Shown: positions 14,318 to 26,456 of the stretch, piece by piece
Layout of the letters: each line of letters begins with the position of its first letter
How positions within the stretch are numbered: the first letter of the stretch is position 1
DNA from: Octopus vulgaris
Lineage: Eukaryota
Assembly (NCBI GenBank): GCA_951406725.2
Contig: OX597837.1
Coordinates: 12,958,001 to 13,022,000, forward strand
Direction of reading: 5' to 3'
Length of the DNA: 64,000 bases
Position numbers and translations under genes: made by a program
Notes under the pieces: generated by a model
Database searches by the model: none
Seen by the model: the letters and a program-made list of their open reading frames with translations, nothing else
What the model was told of the DNA's origin: nothing

Positions 14318-15454
14318 CAGAAGAATCCAAGGTGCAAGTCGCTCAGTGGAATTTGAACTCAGAACGTAACAGCAGATGAAATACTGCTAAGCATTTCGCC
14401 CGGCACGCTAACGTTTCTGCCAGCTTGCCGCCTATATATATACGACAGGCTTCTTTCAGTTTTCATCTACGAAATCCACTCACAAGGCATTGGTCGGCCG
14501 AGGCTATAGCAGAAGACACTTGCCCAAGGTGCCACTCAGTGGGACTGAACCCGGAACCATGTGGTTCGTAAGCAAGCTACTTACCACACAGCCACTCCTG
14601 TGCGTATGTTCACTTTTTCATGTGGGCATGAGTCAGATGAATGTGTTATTGAGGCAGTGTTTTACAACCAGACGCTCTTCCTGTCACTAACACTCGACAT
14701 GGGTTTTTCAAGTAAGAGGAGGTATCCTGTTTCCCATGTCTTTCAAGATGTGGAGTGAGCGGGTGATTGGTTGACAGAAGGGGCAACGATACCAATGCCA
14801 TAGAAACTTTCGAAGAATACAGGCGATACACACATACACATCTTTATTTTCTGCCTGTTTTGGTCATTAGACTGCGGCCATGCTGGGGCACCGTCTTGAA
14901 GAATTTTCAGTCAAATAAATCCAAACCCTGTACTTTTTTCTTTTAAGTCTGTCACTTATTCTTTCAGTCTCTTTTACTGAACTGCTAAATTATGTGGACG
15001 TAAACAAACCAACACCAGTTGTCAAGCAGTGGTGGAGGGCAAATGCAGACACAAAGATACATATGTATATGCGGTGGGCTTCTTACAGTTTCTTATTTCT
15101 TTATTGCCCACAAGGGGCTAAACATAGAGGGGACAAACAAGGACAGACAAAGGGATTAAGTCGTTTACATCGACCCCAGTGTGTAACTGGTACTTAATTT
15201 ATCGACCCAGAAAGGATGAAAGGCAAAGTTGACCTCGGCGGAATTTGAACTCAAAACGTAATGCCAGACGAAATACGGCTAAGTATCTCGCTGCCTTACA
15301 GTTTCTGTCACTCCTCAACCCCCATCCCCAGGATTTGTCTTATTCTTTGTTTTACTGAACCCAAAAGGACGAAAGGCAAACAAACAAACACAAAAAAAAA
15401 CAAAGAAAAAGAAGTGGTTACAAAAGAAAGTAAAAAAGCAAAAAAACCACCTAC

Positions 15455-15641
15455 ACATCGGTTTCGATCAGAGAGGAGCTGCTTTTATGAGCAAAAAGGT
15501 GACTGAAAAGCTGGACATGCCGTTCTTTGGTGCCATGCTGGGGCAGACTCTGTTTGTCGAGTTTCTTGGCAAGTTTCCTCTGCTTAGCTTCATCGTCTGC
15601 TCGCAAATGCGTCGGGACACGAAGGGGTTCTTTCTTGGCAG
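15455..15641 (-). CDS. EIF2B4: eIF2B delta exon (AKKEPLRVPTHLRADDEAKQRKLAKKLDKQSLP...VQLFSHLF...ETDV)
   Basis: Q.P...V.LFSHL motif; gaAG acceptor and GTAGGT donor give correct phases; 187 nt. Confidence 0.88.
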
Positions 15642-15738
15642 CTTCAAGTTGGCAAGAAATAAACAAATAAATAAATTAAATAAATAAATAAATAAATGCC
15701 AAATGAAAGACGGAAGATGGAATATATTATTTATTTAC

Positions 15739-16728
15739 TTAACCCTTTCATTACCAACCCAGCCGAAACAGCCTCTGGTTCTTTAGAACAAATGTTTTGT
15801 TTTCTTAAGTTTCGAATTGAAATCTTCCACCAAACTTTAGTCACAATTTATGTTCCTAACAGTAGCTGAATGATAACTAAGTTATTTTACTAAATTCTTT
15901 GTTATATTTAGAATTAATTGAAACAAAACACAAAGCATCTCAACAGAAATATGGTAAGAAAAGGGTTAGAATATATAATAGAGAAACGATTCTTAGCCCT
16001 TTTGATACCAACCCGGCTGAAACCGCCTCTGGCTCTGTAGTACAAATGTCCTGTTTTCATAAGTTTTGCATCAAAATATACCATCAAACCTTAGTCACCA
16101 TTTATGTTCCTAAAACCAGCTTAATGATAACTATGTTATTTTACTAAATTCTTTGTTATATTTAAAATCAATTAAAAGAAACACAGAGCATCTCAACAGA
16201 AATATGGTAACAAAAGGGTTCAAATATATAACAGAGAAACAATTCTTAACCCTTTTGTTATCAACCTGGCTGAAATCACCTCAGGCTCTGTAGTACAAAT
16301 GTCCTGTTTCCAAAAAGTTTTGAATTAAAATCTTCCACCAAACCTTAGTCACAATTTATGTTCCTAACACCAGCTTAATGATAACTAAGTTGTTTTACTA
16401 AATTCTTTGTTACATCCAAAATAATTGAAAGAAACCCAGAACATCTCAACAGAAATATGGTAAGAAAAGGGTTCAAATATATAATAGAGAAACAATTCTT
16501 AACCCTTTTAATACCAACCTGGCTGAAATCACCTCAGGCTCTGTAGTACAAATGTCCTGTTTCCAAAAAGTTTTGAATTAAAATCTTCCACCAAACCTTA
16601 GTCACAATTTATGTTCCTAATACTAGCTTAATGATAACTAAGTTGTTTTACTAAATTCTTTGTTACATCCAAAATAATTGAAAGAAACCCAGAACATCTC
16701 AAAATAAATACGGTAACGATAGGGTTAA
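15739..16728. repeat. Tandem array of four piggyBac-type MITE units, period about 253 bp
   Basis: Unit starts at about 15739, 15993, 16246 and 16499, separated by a shared aatatataa.agagaaac.attc linker. Confidence 0.85.
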
Positions 16729-16845
16729 AGGGCACAATACGTGTCTTTAAGAGCAACAAATAGTTTTGTATGTTGAGAAATATTTCCAACATATTCATCA
16801 CATTTCTTCTCCTATTCAATTTTTTTTCATTCATTTTGATATGGA

Positions 16846-16910
16846 GTTTGTGCCTGATGAGTATGTTTGAGATATTTCTCAACATATGAAACTATTAGTA
16901 GCACTTAAAC
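16846..16910 (+). ncRNA. Type-I hammerhead ribozyme motif
   Basis: GTGC-CTGATGA-GTATGTTTGAGA..TCTCAACATAT-GAAA-CTATTAG-TA^GCAC: stems I, II and III and the full core are present; cleavage triplet GUA at 16898-16900. Confidence 0.8.
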
Positions 16911-17016
16911 ACATGTATTGTGTCCCTTGAATAAATAATATTTATCTCTCACTAGAGGGAGTACTTTTTTGTTGATCTTTCTATCACAAAATAGTACATT
17001 ACATATCAGATATATA

Positions 17017-17061
<45 letters not shown>

Positions 17062-17154
17062 AAGGTTTACGAAAATAAACAAAAGACGAAGGCAGGTGGA
17101 GTACAAACAAACAAATGTATTAGTATGGCGCTCAGGAATAGAAATAGAACAAGT

Positions 17155-17190
17155 CTTTTACGTTTCGAGCCTACGCTCTTCGACAGAAAG
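17155..17190 (-). ncRNA. Minimal hammerhead-like motif with variant core
   Basis: CTTT-CTGTCGA-A-GAGC(gtag)GCTC-GAAAC-GTA^AAAG; core is CUGUCGA rather than CUGANGA. Confidence 0.55.
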
Positions 17191-17252
17191 ATACACAGAA
17201 AAGAAACAAGGAGAGAAAAAAATGTGTGTAGGAGCTAACAGTCCATCATGGC

Positions 17253-17327
<75 letters not shown>

Positions 17328-18052
17328 TAGATAAGGGTAGAAATTGATATTAATCAATTAAAACCAGTGGCTTAGCATATTTTAAAAAATCCGAACATTA
17401 AAAATTGTTTTACATACAAAATTTAGAGGACTGACCACTAAAACATAGACGTCAAATCGCCATTACTACAAAGAATGTGTTGCTGAAATTTTCAACTGGT
17501 ACTTGATTTATCAACCCTGAAAGGATGAAAGGCAAAGTCAGCCTTGGCAGAGTTTGAACTCAGAAAGTAAAGACAGATGACACATTATCAATATTATCAT
17601 CACTTAATGTCCATGCTTGCACAGGTCTGACAGAATTTATTGAGGCAGATTTTCTCTGGTCAGCTACCCTTCCTGTTGAAGCAGGTTTTCTATGGCCAGC
17701 TGCCCTTCCTGTTGCCAGCACTAACCTGCTGAAGTAATATTTCCCTATGACCAGTCATACTTTTCTCTTTTTATTTTAACAGAAGACTGGAAACAAACAA
17801 CACTGCTTGTATGACAGTGATGTTCATTTACAACCATGAGGTCAAGACATGGGGATCCTTATGCACACACAACAGGCTTCCTGCAGTTTCCTTCTACCAA
17901 AATACAATCACAAGGCTTTAGTTAGCCAAAGGCTACAGGGGAACACATTTGCCCAAGGTGCTGTGCCTTGGGACTGAACCTGAAAGCTGCCCCACTGCAC
18001 CTGAGACCACATCGTTGGGAACACACACACACAAGCCAATAAAACACCTTAC

Positions 18053-18110
18053 CTGCTGTACTCTGCGCTTTGGCCTGTTGCTTCTCTAACTTTGCCGCCC
18101 TCTGTGCCTC
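18053..18110 (-). CDS. EIF2B4: eIF2B delta exon (EAQRAAKLEKQQAKAQSTA)
   Basis: Continues AERR.KQ-EA.RA.K; tgcAG and GTAAGG boundaries; 58 nt. Confidence 0.88.
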
Positions 18111-18312
18111 CTGCAAAATAATGGAAAAAATTTCATTGGAAACTAAACAAATTCTTTCACTGTTTCAGTCATTAGACTGTGGCCATGCTGGAGCACTGCA
18201 CTGAAGAATTTTTAGTCGAATGAATCAACCCCTGTACTTATTCCAGTTCTACATTTAAGAGATGAGGAATTATCTACATTATTTACATTTGACGGATATC
18301 TTGTTTGTTGTT

Positions 18313-18358
18313 AACACAACGTTTCGGCTGATACACCCTCCAACCTTCATCAGGTGTC
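18313..18358 (-). ncRNA. Minimal hammerhead motif (left arm of palindrome)
   Basis: GACAC-CTGATGA-A-GGTTG..CAGCC-GAAAC-GTT^GTGTT. Confidence 0.7.
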
Positions 18359-18471
18359 TTGGAGAAATTTCGAACCTGGGTTCTCATTCCTAAGATATTT
18401 TTTGATGTTATAATAATAATAACATTGAAAAATACCTTAGGATTGAGAACCCAGGTTCGGAATTTCCCCAA

Positions 18472-18517
18472 GACACCTGATGAAGGCTGGAGGGTAGATC
18501 AGCCGAAACGTTGTGTT
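18472..18517 (+). ncRNA. Minimal hammerhead motif (right arm of palindrome)
   Basis: GACAC-CTGATGA-A-GGCTG..CAGCC-GAAAC-GTT^GTGTT; stem III is the palindrome AACGTT. Confidence 0.72.
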
Positions 18518-20023
18518 AACAACAAACAAGATGAGGACAAATATCCATCAAATGTAAATAATCTAAATAATGCCCAGTTCTTATTTTTTAAAAGCTTGGT
18601 ACTTATTCTATCAGTCTCTCTTGCTGAACCACTAAGTTACAGGGACGTAAACACACCAACACCAGTTGTAAAGTGGTGGTGAGGGACAGACACAGAGACA
18701 CACGCATAGATGTAGATCTTTAGCAGCATTAGTTGCTATAGAATCTATCAGCTTACCGAAATTCTTTGTAATTTTGATATGGGAAAACGTGTGTAACTTA
18801 CGATGCTAATAAATTGTTATTTTATCAAATTCTGTCCCCTTTTTGTTCTCTAAATGTCAGCTGCTAAATGCTTGAAACAAACTAACTTCCTAAACTCGGA
18901 TCCCCGGATTGTATTTACACATGTGACAGGCTTCTTTCAGTATCCCTCTAGCAAATCCACTCACAAGTCTTTGGTCAGCCCAAGGCTATAGTAGAAGTCA
19001 TTTGCCCAAGGTGCTACACAATGGGACTGAACCTCGGACCATGTGGTTGAAAAGCAAGCTTCTTACAACATAGCCATACCTGCGCCTAAATAAATTTCAC
19101 ACTGAACTAAAAGCTCAATGACTGTAATGCTAAGTTCAAATCTGACATTGTGTTGTGCCACTGATCTTCATCCACAAATTCTGCTTCTTCCAATTTCTCC
19201 GGTTGGACTGAATAAAACAGGGGCTTCACTTCCTCTTTCACAGCTGAGTGTTTTGTGATGGTCAATCGTTGTTTAACTCCAGGTTTGCTCTCATCAAGCA
19301 GACCCACAATCAAACATGTCCCAGCTATGCTTATTTCATCCAATATGCCCTTCTTTTAAGTTGCAATGCAGTTTAACCTTTTTTAGGTATGAACCCATCT
19401 GAGACCACCCTTGATTCTGTGATAAAAACCTCCTGTTTTAACCCTTTTGATACCAACACGACCAAAACCACCTCTGGCTCTGTAGTACAAATGGCTTGTT
19501 TTCATAAGTTTTGAATCAAAATCTTCCACCAAACTTCAGCCACAATTTATGTTCCTAACACTAGCTTAATGATAACCAAGTTATTTTACTAAATTCTTTG
19601 TTATATTTAAAATTAATTGAAAGAAACACAGAACATCTCTACAGAAATATGATAACGAAAGGGTTAAAGTGATTTAAATCAAAACTTCTCATCCCATCTC
19701 ATCTTCTTCATCCACTTATTCCTGGAAGAGTCAGGGGGGGAAAAAATCCTCATGCACGCCTTCCATCAGGTCTTGTCTGAAGAAACAGTCTCCAATTGAT
19801 CCAGCTGGACCCCAAAGCAAGACCAACCGAGCTCAAGCATGTTATCCAGCCTTCTTGCTCATGGCCTACTCCTCCATGGGCCATGTAGCACAGAGCAAAA
19901 AAAAATTAAATTAAATTTTTAAAAAAAGAGGCAAAAAAAAAGGGGAGAAAATAAACCAGCTACCACAGCAAAATGGAGATGAAATAAATGAGGGACTGAA
20001 TTAATGAATGTTTATTTACTTAC

Positions 20024-20212
20024 CTGTTTCAATCGTCTTTCCGCTGTTATTTGTGCTTTTGTCTTTTGCACCTGGCCCTCAGGTGGTGTTGCCGAGTAAC
20101 CGCCTCCTTCGGCCAAAGCCTTCTTCTCTTTCTGCTTCCTGTATTCTTCCCTCTGTCTTTCTTTCCTGGCTGCTTTGTCTTCAGCTTTCTGACTTTCGCA
20201 AGATGGCTTCAC
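20024..20212 (-). CDS. EIF2B4: eIF2B delta exon (VKPSCESQKAEDK...KTKAQITAERRLKQ)
   Basis: K.KA...AERR.KQ motif of the delta N-terminal region; gacAG and GTAAGT boundaries; 189 nt, phase 0. Confidence 0.88.
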
Positions 20213-20639
20213 CTGTCAGAAAAAAAAGAATAACAAAGTAAAGAAAAACAACATTAGATCATTTATCATCATCATCATCGTTTAATGTCCGCTTTCCATG
20301 CTAGCATGGGTTGGACGATTTTGACTGAGGACTGGCAAACCAGACAGCTGCACCAGGCTCCAATCTTGATCTGGCAGATTCTCTACAGATGGATGCCCTT
20401 CCTAATGCCAACCGCTCCAAGAGTGTAGCGGGTGCTTTTACATGCCACTGGCACGAGGACCAGTCAGGCGGTACTGGTAACGGCCATGCTCAAATGGTGT
20501 TTTTTACGTGCCACCTGCACAGGAGTCGGTCCAGCGGCACTAGCAACGACCTCGCTTAAATGTTTTTTCACGTGCCAGTAAGGCGACACTGGTAACGATC
20601 ACTCTCGAATGGTGCTTTTTATGCGCCACACACACACAC

Positions 20640-20677
<38 letters not shown>

Positions 20678-20708
20678 ATGCATGTATGTATGTATATATA
20701 CACATATA

Positions 20709-21352
20709 CAGTGGGGTGAAAAAGTAGGTATACAGTATCACATCCAATGTTGTAATACTTAATTCATTAAAATTATTAGCTCATTAAAATAGCCTCATTT
20801 TTGATATTTTCAGTGTCTTTAATCATAATAATACATTTATCCTAACTATAATAATACTTTTATTGTAGCTTTTAATTTTTTCGATAACGATAAATGAGTA
20901 TTATATGCGTTTGGAGGCACAATGGCCCAGTGGATAGGGCAGCGGACTCGCGGTCATAAGATCGTGGTTTCGATTCCCAGACCGGGCATTCTGAGTGTTT
21001 ATTGAGCGAAAACACTTAAAAGCTCCACGAGGCTCCAGCAAGGGATGGTGGTGATCCCTGCTGTACTCTTTCACCACAACTTTCTTTCACTCTTACTTCC
21101 TGTTTCTGTTGTACCTGTATTTCAAAGGGCCGGCCTTGTCACTCTCTGTGTCACGCTGAATATCCCCGAGAACTGCGTTAAGGGTACACGTGTCTGTGGA
21201 GTGCTCAGCCACTTGCACGTTAATTTCACGAGCAGGCTGTTCCGTTGATCGGATCAACCGGAACCCTCATCGTCGTAACCGACGGAGTGCTTCCATCCAT
21301 TATATGCGTTTCCTTTTTTTCATAACTGTATACCTACTTTTGCATCCCTCTA
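20709..21352. mobile_element. Tc1/mariner-type MITE interrupted by a SINE
   Basis: TA-flanked imperfect TIRs cagtggggtgaaaaagtaggtatacagt / actgtatacctacttttgcatccctc. Confidence 0.65.
20913..21298 (+). mobile_element. Full-length tRNA-derived SINE with 13-bp TSD
   Basis: tRNA-like head with A box (TGGCCCAGTGG) and B-box-like GTTTCGATTCC; TSD ATTATATGCGTTT at 20900-20912 and 21299-21311. Confidence 0.85.
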
Positions 21353-21363
21353 TATATGCACTC

Positions 21364-21395
<32 letters not shown>

Positions 21396-21570
21396 GACAT
21401 GAGCTTCTGCACAGTCTCTGCCTACCAAATCTCCTCAGAAGGCATTGGCTGGCCTTTATGTGGATGTTATGATGATGACATGATAATAATATTATGGATC
21501 ATAATGAGCTTACTGAGCACAGGACCCAAAAAGCCTAACAAAAAAGCAAAATGTAAATCTTGTTTCTTAC

Positions 21571-21861
21571 CTCAACATTTGACTTGTCTTGAAGTACCTG
21601 GACTGAATCATCCACCTTGGTTGGGGTCGCAATGTTCACGTCGTGGCTGCTGGTCGTATTGATGACCACATTCTCTTCTGTATTATCACAGACTTTGCTG
21701 CTCGGAGAAGGGGTTTTGTTCGACTTCACCTCTAAACCCTTCTTCTGCTTCTTTCTGTCCCTTTTCTTCAAACTGCCATCATGCTGACCTGGGGTTGCAG
21801 CTTTCTGTGGAGTGTGTTTCTCTGTGTTCACTGGACCATGTGAACTAGCTATATTATCCAT
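21571..21861 (-). CDS. EIF2B4: eIF2B delta N-terminal Lys/Ser/Thr-rich exon (MDNIASSH...KSNVE); exon extends to acceptor at 21903
   Basis: Open frame, GTAAGA donor in phase 0, ttcAG acceptor at 21904-21905. ATG at 21861 is the first in-frame Met; an upstream coding exon cannot be excluded. Confidence 0.7.
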
Positions 21862-22491
21862 TGGGGCCCAGAACCTCTGTTTCTCTTTATAGCTGCCTCT
21901 CTCCTGAAATTGAAAATAAAATACCAAGCCTATCATATATGTATGTATGTATTTGTGTGTCTGTGTTTGTACCCCAACAATCGCTTGACAACCGATGTTG
22001 GTGTGTTTACATCCCGTAACTTAGCAGTTCGGCAAAAGAGACCGATAGAATAAGCACTAGGCTTACAAAGAATAAGTCCTGGGGTCAATTTGTTCGACTA
22101 GAGGTGGTGCTCCAGCATGGCCACAGTCAAATGCCCAAAACAAGTAAAAGAATATATACATGAGTAAAGGTTGATCGCATATAAAGGTCAAACCTACTTC
22201 CATTTTCGGCAAAAAAAAAAAACCCTACACATATATGTATCATCATCGTTTAACGTCTGCTCTCCATGCTAGCATGGGTTGGACGATTTTGACTGAGGGC
22301 TGGCGAACCAGGCTCCAATCTTGATCTGGCAGAGTTTCTACAGCTGGATGCCCTTCCTAACGCGAACCACTCTGAGAGTGTAGTGGGTACCTTTTACGTG
22401 CCACCGGCACGGGGGGCCAGTCAGGCAGTACTGGGCAATGACCTCGCTCGAATACTTTTACACATGCCACTGGCACAGGTGCCAGTAAGGC

Positions 22492-22544
<53 letters not shown>

Positions 22545-23566
22545 TATATAAATATACATACATATATTTACATACACATATTCACACACAGACATAGATA
22601 CAGAGTCCATGTTTTCCTTTGTTTGCACCTGTACCTGCTGACTGTAAACAAAAAAACAATATCTTGTCTTTCGGATGCAGTCAACCAAGAAAAGCATATC
22701 TGGGCCTCCTTCACACCTTTTTACAGGTCGCCCCCATCTTTGTAAACAAACCAATTTATTCAAACGGATTTCCATTTTTTGGAATCTGACTGCAGAAAAT
22801 CTGGTTCTCCCTGATCCCTGCAAACATGGAAAAGGGGTCCTTAAAACAATGACGATGACAATTATAATTGTGTATGTGGGTGGGTGTCTGTCTGTTTGTC
22901 TATGTAGGTTATGCAAATGCATTTCTATGGCTATATAGGTTAAGTGCATGCACTTAGAGATTTTGCTGTTCATGTATTTGTATATCTGCCTGAATGGCTC
23001 ATAGCAGAGTGTACACTTATGAGCTCTTAGGGTAAAAATGCGTGGGCGTGGCGAAGACTGTTGCTGCCCAACCAACCACATGGCTCCAGAGTTAGTCTCG
23101 CAAACAATACAATTGAAAAGAAACCTCATCGCCTGTCTTTTCTCCCGCCACTTTTCCAGAAAAAACAAAAATATTTTTTCTATTCTAAACAAAGCAAAAA
23201 ACATCCGCTTCACATAAAAGAACAACGAAATATTCAGTTTTTATCAATTTGATAAATAAAATGAAAGCACCAATAAAGAATTATCCAAAATTCTGACTGC
23301 CTCCTTTCTCTCTGTAGATATATATATATATATATGATTGATTGATTGATTGATTCTAGTTTCAGCTCACGAGCTGTGGCCATGCTGGGGCACCGCCATT
23401 TATATTATAAATTAATACTAGAATACAAGGATAAAATCACGTTAATGATTTTTATCAGGTAGTCAGCATGCAATAAAAATTTCGAGGTAATTTATACACT
23501 AAATTAATAATTATATATATATATATGTTAAATTGATAATTACATGTATGTATGTATGTATATATA

Positions 23567-23612
<46 letters not shown>

Positions 23613-24649
23613 CATATATAGTTGTTAAACAGGACAGCAAACATCAAGGCAAGATAAACATCTCAAGTCATATATAATGTTATTATAGGAAGAAATTCAA
23701 AGTCTTACAGCTATTTCTGGGATATCCCTGTGTATGGGATATTCCGTCTCGGCTATAACCTTGGAGCCCCAGTAATCCGTTACAGCACTTACCTAGCGCA
23801 CCTAATCGCTTAGATCACCTGTGAACTAAACCCCCATACTTTGTATACATACACACATACATACATACATACATATATATATAGACACTTTCTAAACAAA
23901 GCAAAAAACATCCGATTCACATAAAACAACAAGGAAATGTTTTGTGTTTATCATTTTGGTTTTAATTTTGTCTTGATGAGTCCAATAGCTACAACTATTT
24001 TGGCCACCTACTCACCCACCCCATACCTCTCCACACACCTCACCAATCTCCCCCAGCCACTGAATCAGTTAACCTATTTTCCTCAAATAATCACCATTCC
24101 CATTTTCACTCCCTCAGACCTTTAATTAATTCTACAGCCTCATATAAACTAACACAAAGGTTACCATTCGCATACAACCTAAACCACCCTTTTGTCTTCG
24201 TCCCACTTTCCACCTCGACAACTATGAATCCCTACTAGCCTCATTAATAAACCCTAACCCTAAAATTTATTTTCTCCTCCCACAACTCTCTAAACACCTC
24301 CCAACTCCTCCTCCTAATACACTTAGTTCTCCACAAAATCGTTCCATCTTTAATCTCTTTTCTGTCAACACCGCAAACGTAAAAATTCTTCCCTGAAGAT
24401 GGTGGCAGGTATTATCTCTTTTTTTTTTTTTTTTTTTTTATTCTTTTACTTGTTTCAGTCATTTGACTGCGGCCATGCTGGAGCACCGCCTTTAGTCGAG
24501 CAAATCGACCCCGGGACTTATTCTTTGTAAGCCCAGTACTTATTCTATCAGTCTCTTTTGCCGAACCGCTAAGTGACGGGGACGTAAACACACCAGCATC
24601 GGTTGTCAAGCAATGCTAGGGGGACAGACACAGACACACACACACACAT

Positions 24650-24710
<61 letters not shown>

Positions 24711-26456
24711 TACATACATATATACGACAGGCTTCTTTCAGTTTCCGTCTACCAAATCCACTCACAAGACTTTGGTCGACCCGGGACTATAGCAGAAGAC
24801 ACTTGCCCAAGATGCCACACAGTGGGACTGAATCCAGAACCATGTGGTTGGTTAGCAAGCTACTTACCACACAGCCACTCCTGCGCCTGGTGATGGAATC
24901 AATTTACAATCATTATTTTGGCCCATCAATCCCCCACAAACAGTTGTTGGACTCATAAAACTCTTATTCAACCCCTTTAAGTCCTGATATCATTTCTATT
25001 CTGGCTAAGTCAGATCTTCCATTAAGTAAACATAGGTTCATTCTTTGTCTGTCCCAGATATTCTACTTGGAGGCAATGTGGTTGCTGCCGGTGTTGCGTA
25101 ACTGGCACCCATGCTGGTGGCATGTAAAAAGCACCATTGGAGTGCTGGGTGTCTGGTGGAGGCAATGACAAATGACCGAGACCTTTGCCAATATGCTGTA
25201 CTTTGAGAAGAAAACCCACCAAGCCAAGTGGAATCACAGTCGAGGCAGACACTGGTGTCACACAACTGGCACCCATGCCAGTGGCACATAAAAAGCACCC
25301 ATTACACTGTTGGAAGGGTTGGCATTGGGAAAGGCATCCATCCGTAGAAAACCATGTTAAATCAAATTGGAGTCTGGGGCAGATCTCCAGCTTGCCAGCC
25401 CTCATCAAACCGTCCAACTCATGCCAGCATGGACAACAGACGTTAAATGATGATGATGATTTATGTTCAAACTGGCCAGACCTGACCACTCACATCTAGC
25501 CTACAGAGTCATTTTGAAAACAAACAACCTCAGCATTGAAATTTCAAAATTATGGGAGAATGCAGCCTAGTCTGGCACCTGTGCCGGTGGCACGTAAAAA
25601 GCACCCACTACACTCATGGAGTGGTTGGCGTTAGGAAGGGCATCCAGCCGTAGAAACATTGCCAGATCAGACTTGGGCTCGGTGCAGCCTCCTGGCTTCC
25701 CAGACCCCAGTTGCACCGTCCAACCCATGCCAGCATGGAAAGTGGACGCTAAACGATGATGATGATGATGAATGCATGAGGAATTCAAAACGATGGGAAT
25801 AAATAAGGATTCCATTTGACAGAATAAGCTGAATGCTAAACGGTTAAATTACCAGTGTGTTAACCTTTAACTCATTTAATACCAACTTGCTTGAGATCAA
25901 CCGTGGTTCTAGGACACAAACTTTCTGTTTCGAGTGACCTGGATGAAGGCATTTTATAACTTCCTGCTAACGTAGTGTCCCAAATACCAGCTTAATAACA
26001 ATAATATCAAAGTTATTTTTACTAACTTCAGTATTTTCATTGAAATTTATTAACAAAACAGTTGGTTTAATTGCCATAATGTATTGTAGAACATATACTT
26101 TTACTTGTTTCAGTCATTTGACTGCAGCCATGCTGGAGCACTGCCTTTAGTCAAGCAAATCAACCCCAGGACTTATTCTTTGTAAGCCTGGTACTTATTC
26201 TATTGGGCTCTTTTGCCAAACTGCTAAGTGACGGGAACGTAAACACACCAGCATCTGTTGTCAAAGATGGTAGGGGGATAAACACAGACACACACACACA
26301 TACGACGGGCTTCCTTCAGTTTCCATCAACCAAATCCACTCACAAGGCTTTGGCCAGCCCGAGGCTATAGTAGCAGATACTATGAACCCAGAACCATGTG
26401 GTTGGTAAGCAAGTTACTTACCACACAGCCGCTCCTAAGTATACACTTCAGCAACA

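Larger units (their letters stand above)
18251..18573. mobile_element. Palindromic (fold-back) Penelope-type non-autonomous insert nested in a SINE
   Basis: About 150-bp arms (18269-18571) each carrying a hammerhead; flanked by direct repeat CCAGTTCT (18243-18250, 18574-18581), a probable TSD. Confidence 0.7.

Noticed and set aside
20913-20985. tRNA gene
   Set aside because: The tRNA-like sequence is the head of a SINE with body, tail and a 13-bp TSD.
22458-23225. 255-aa minus-strand ORF
   Set aside because: Runs through SINE and microsatellite sequence with no recognisable domain; likely chance.
24250-24263. AACCCTAACCCTAA as a telomerase RNA template or interstitial telomere
   Set aside because: Only about two units in a C/A-skewed region; no pseudoknot or H/ACA domain seen downstream.
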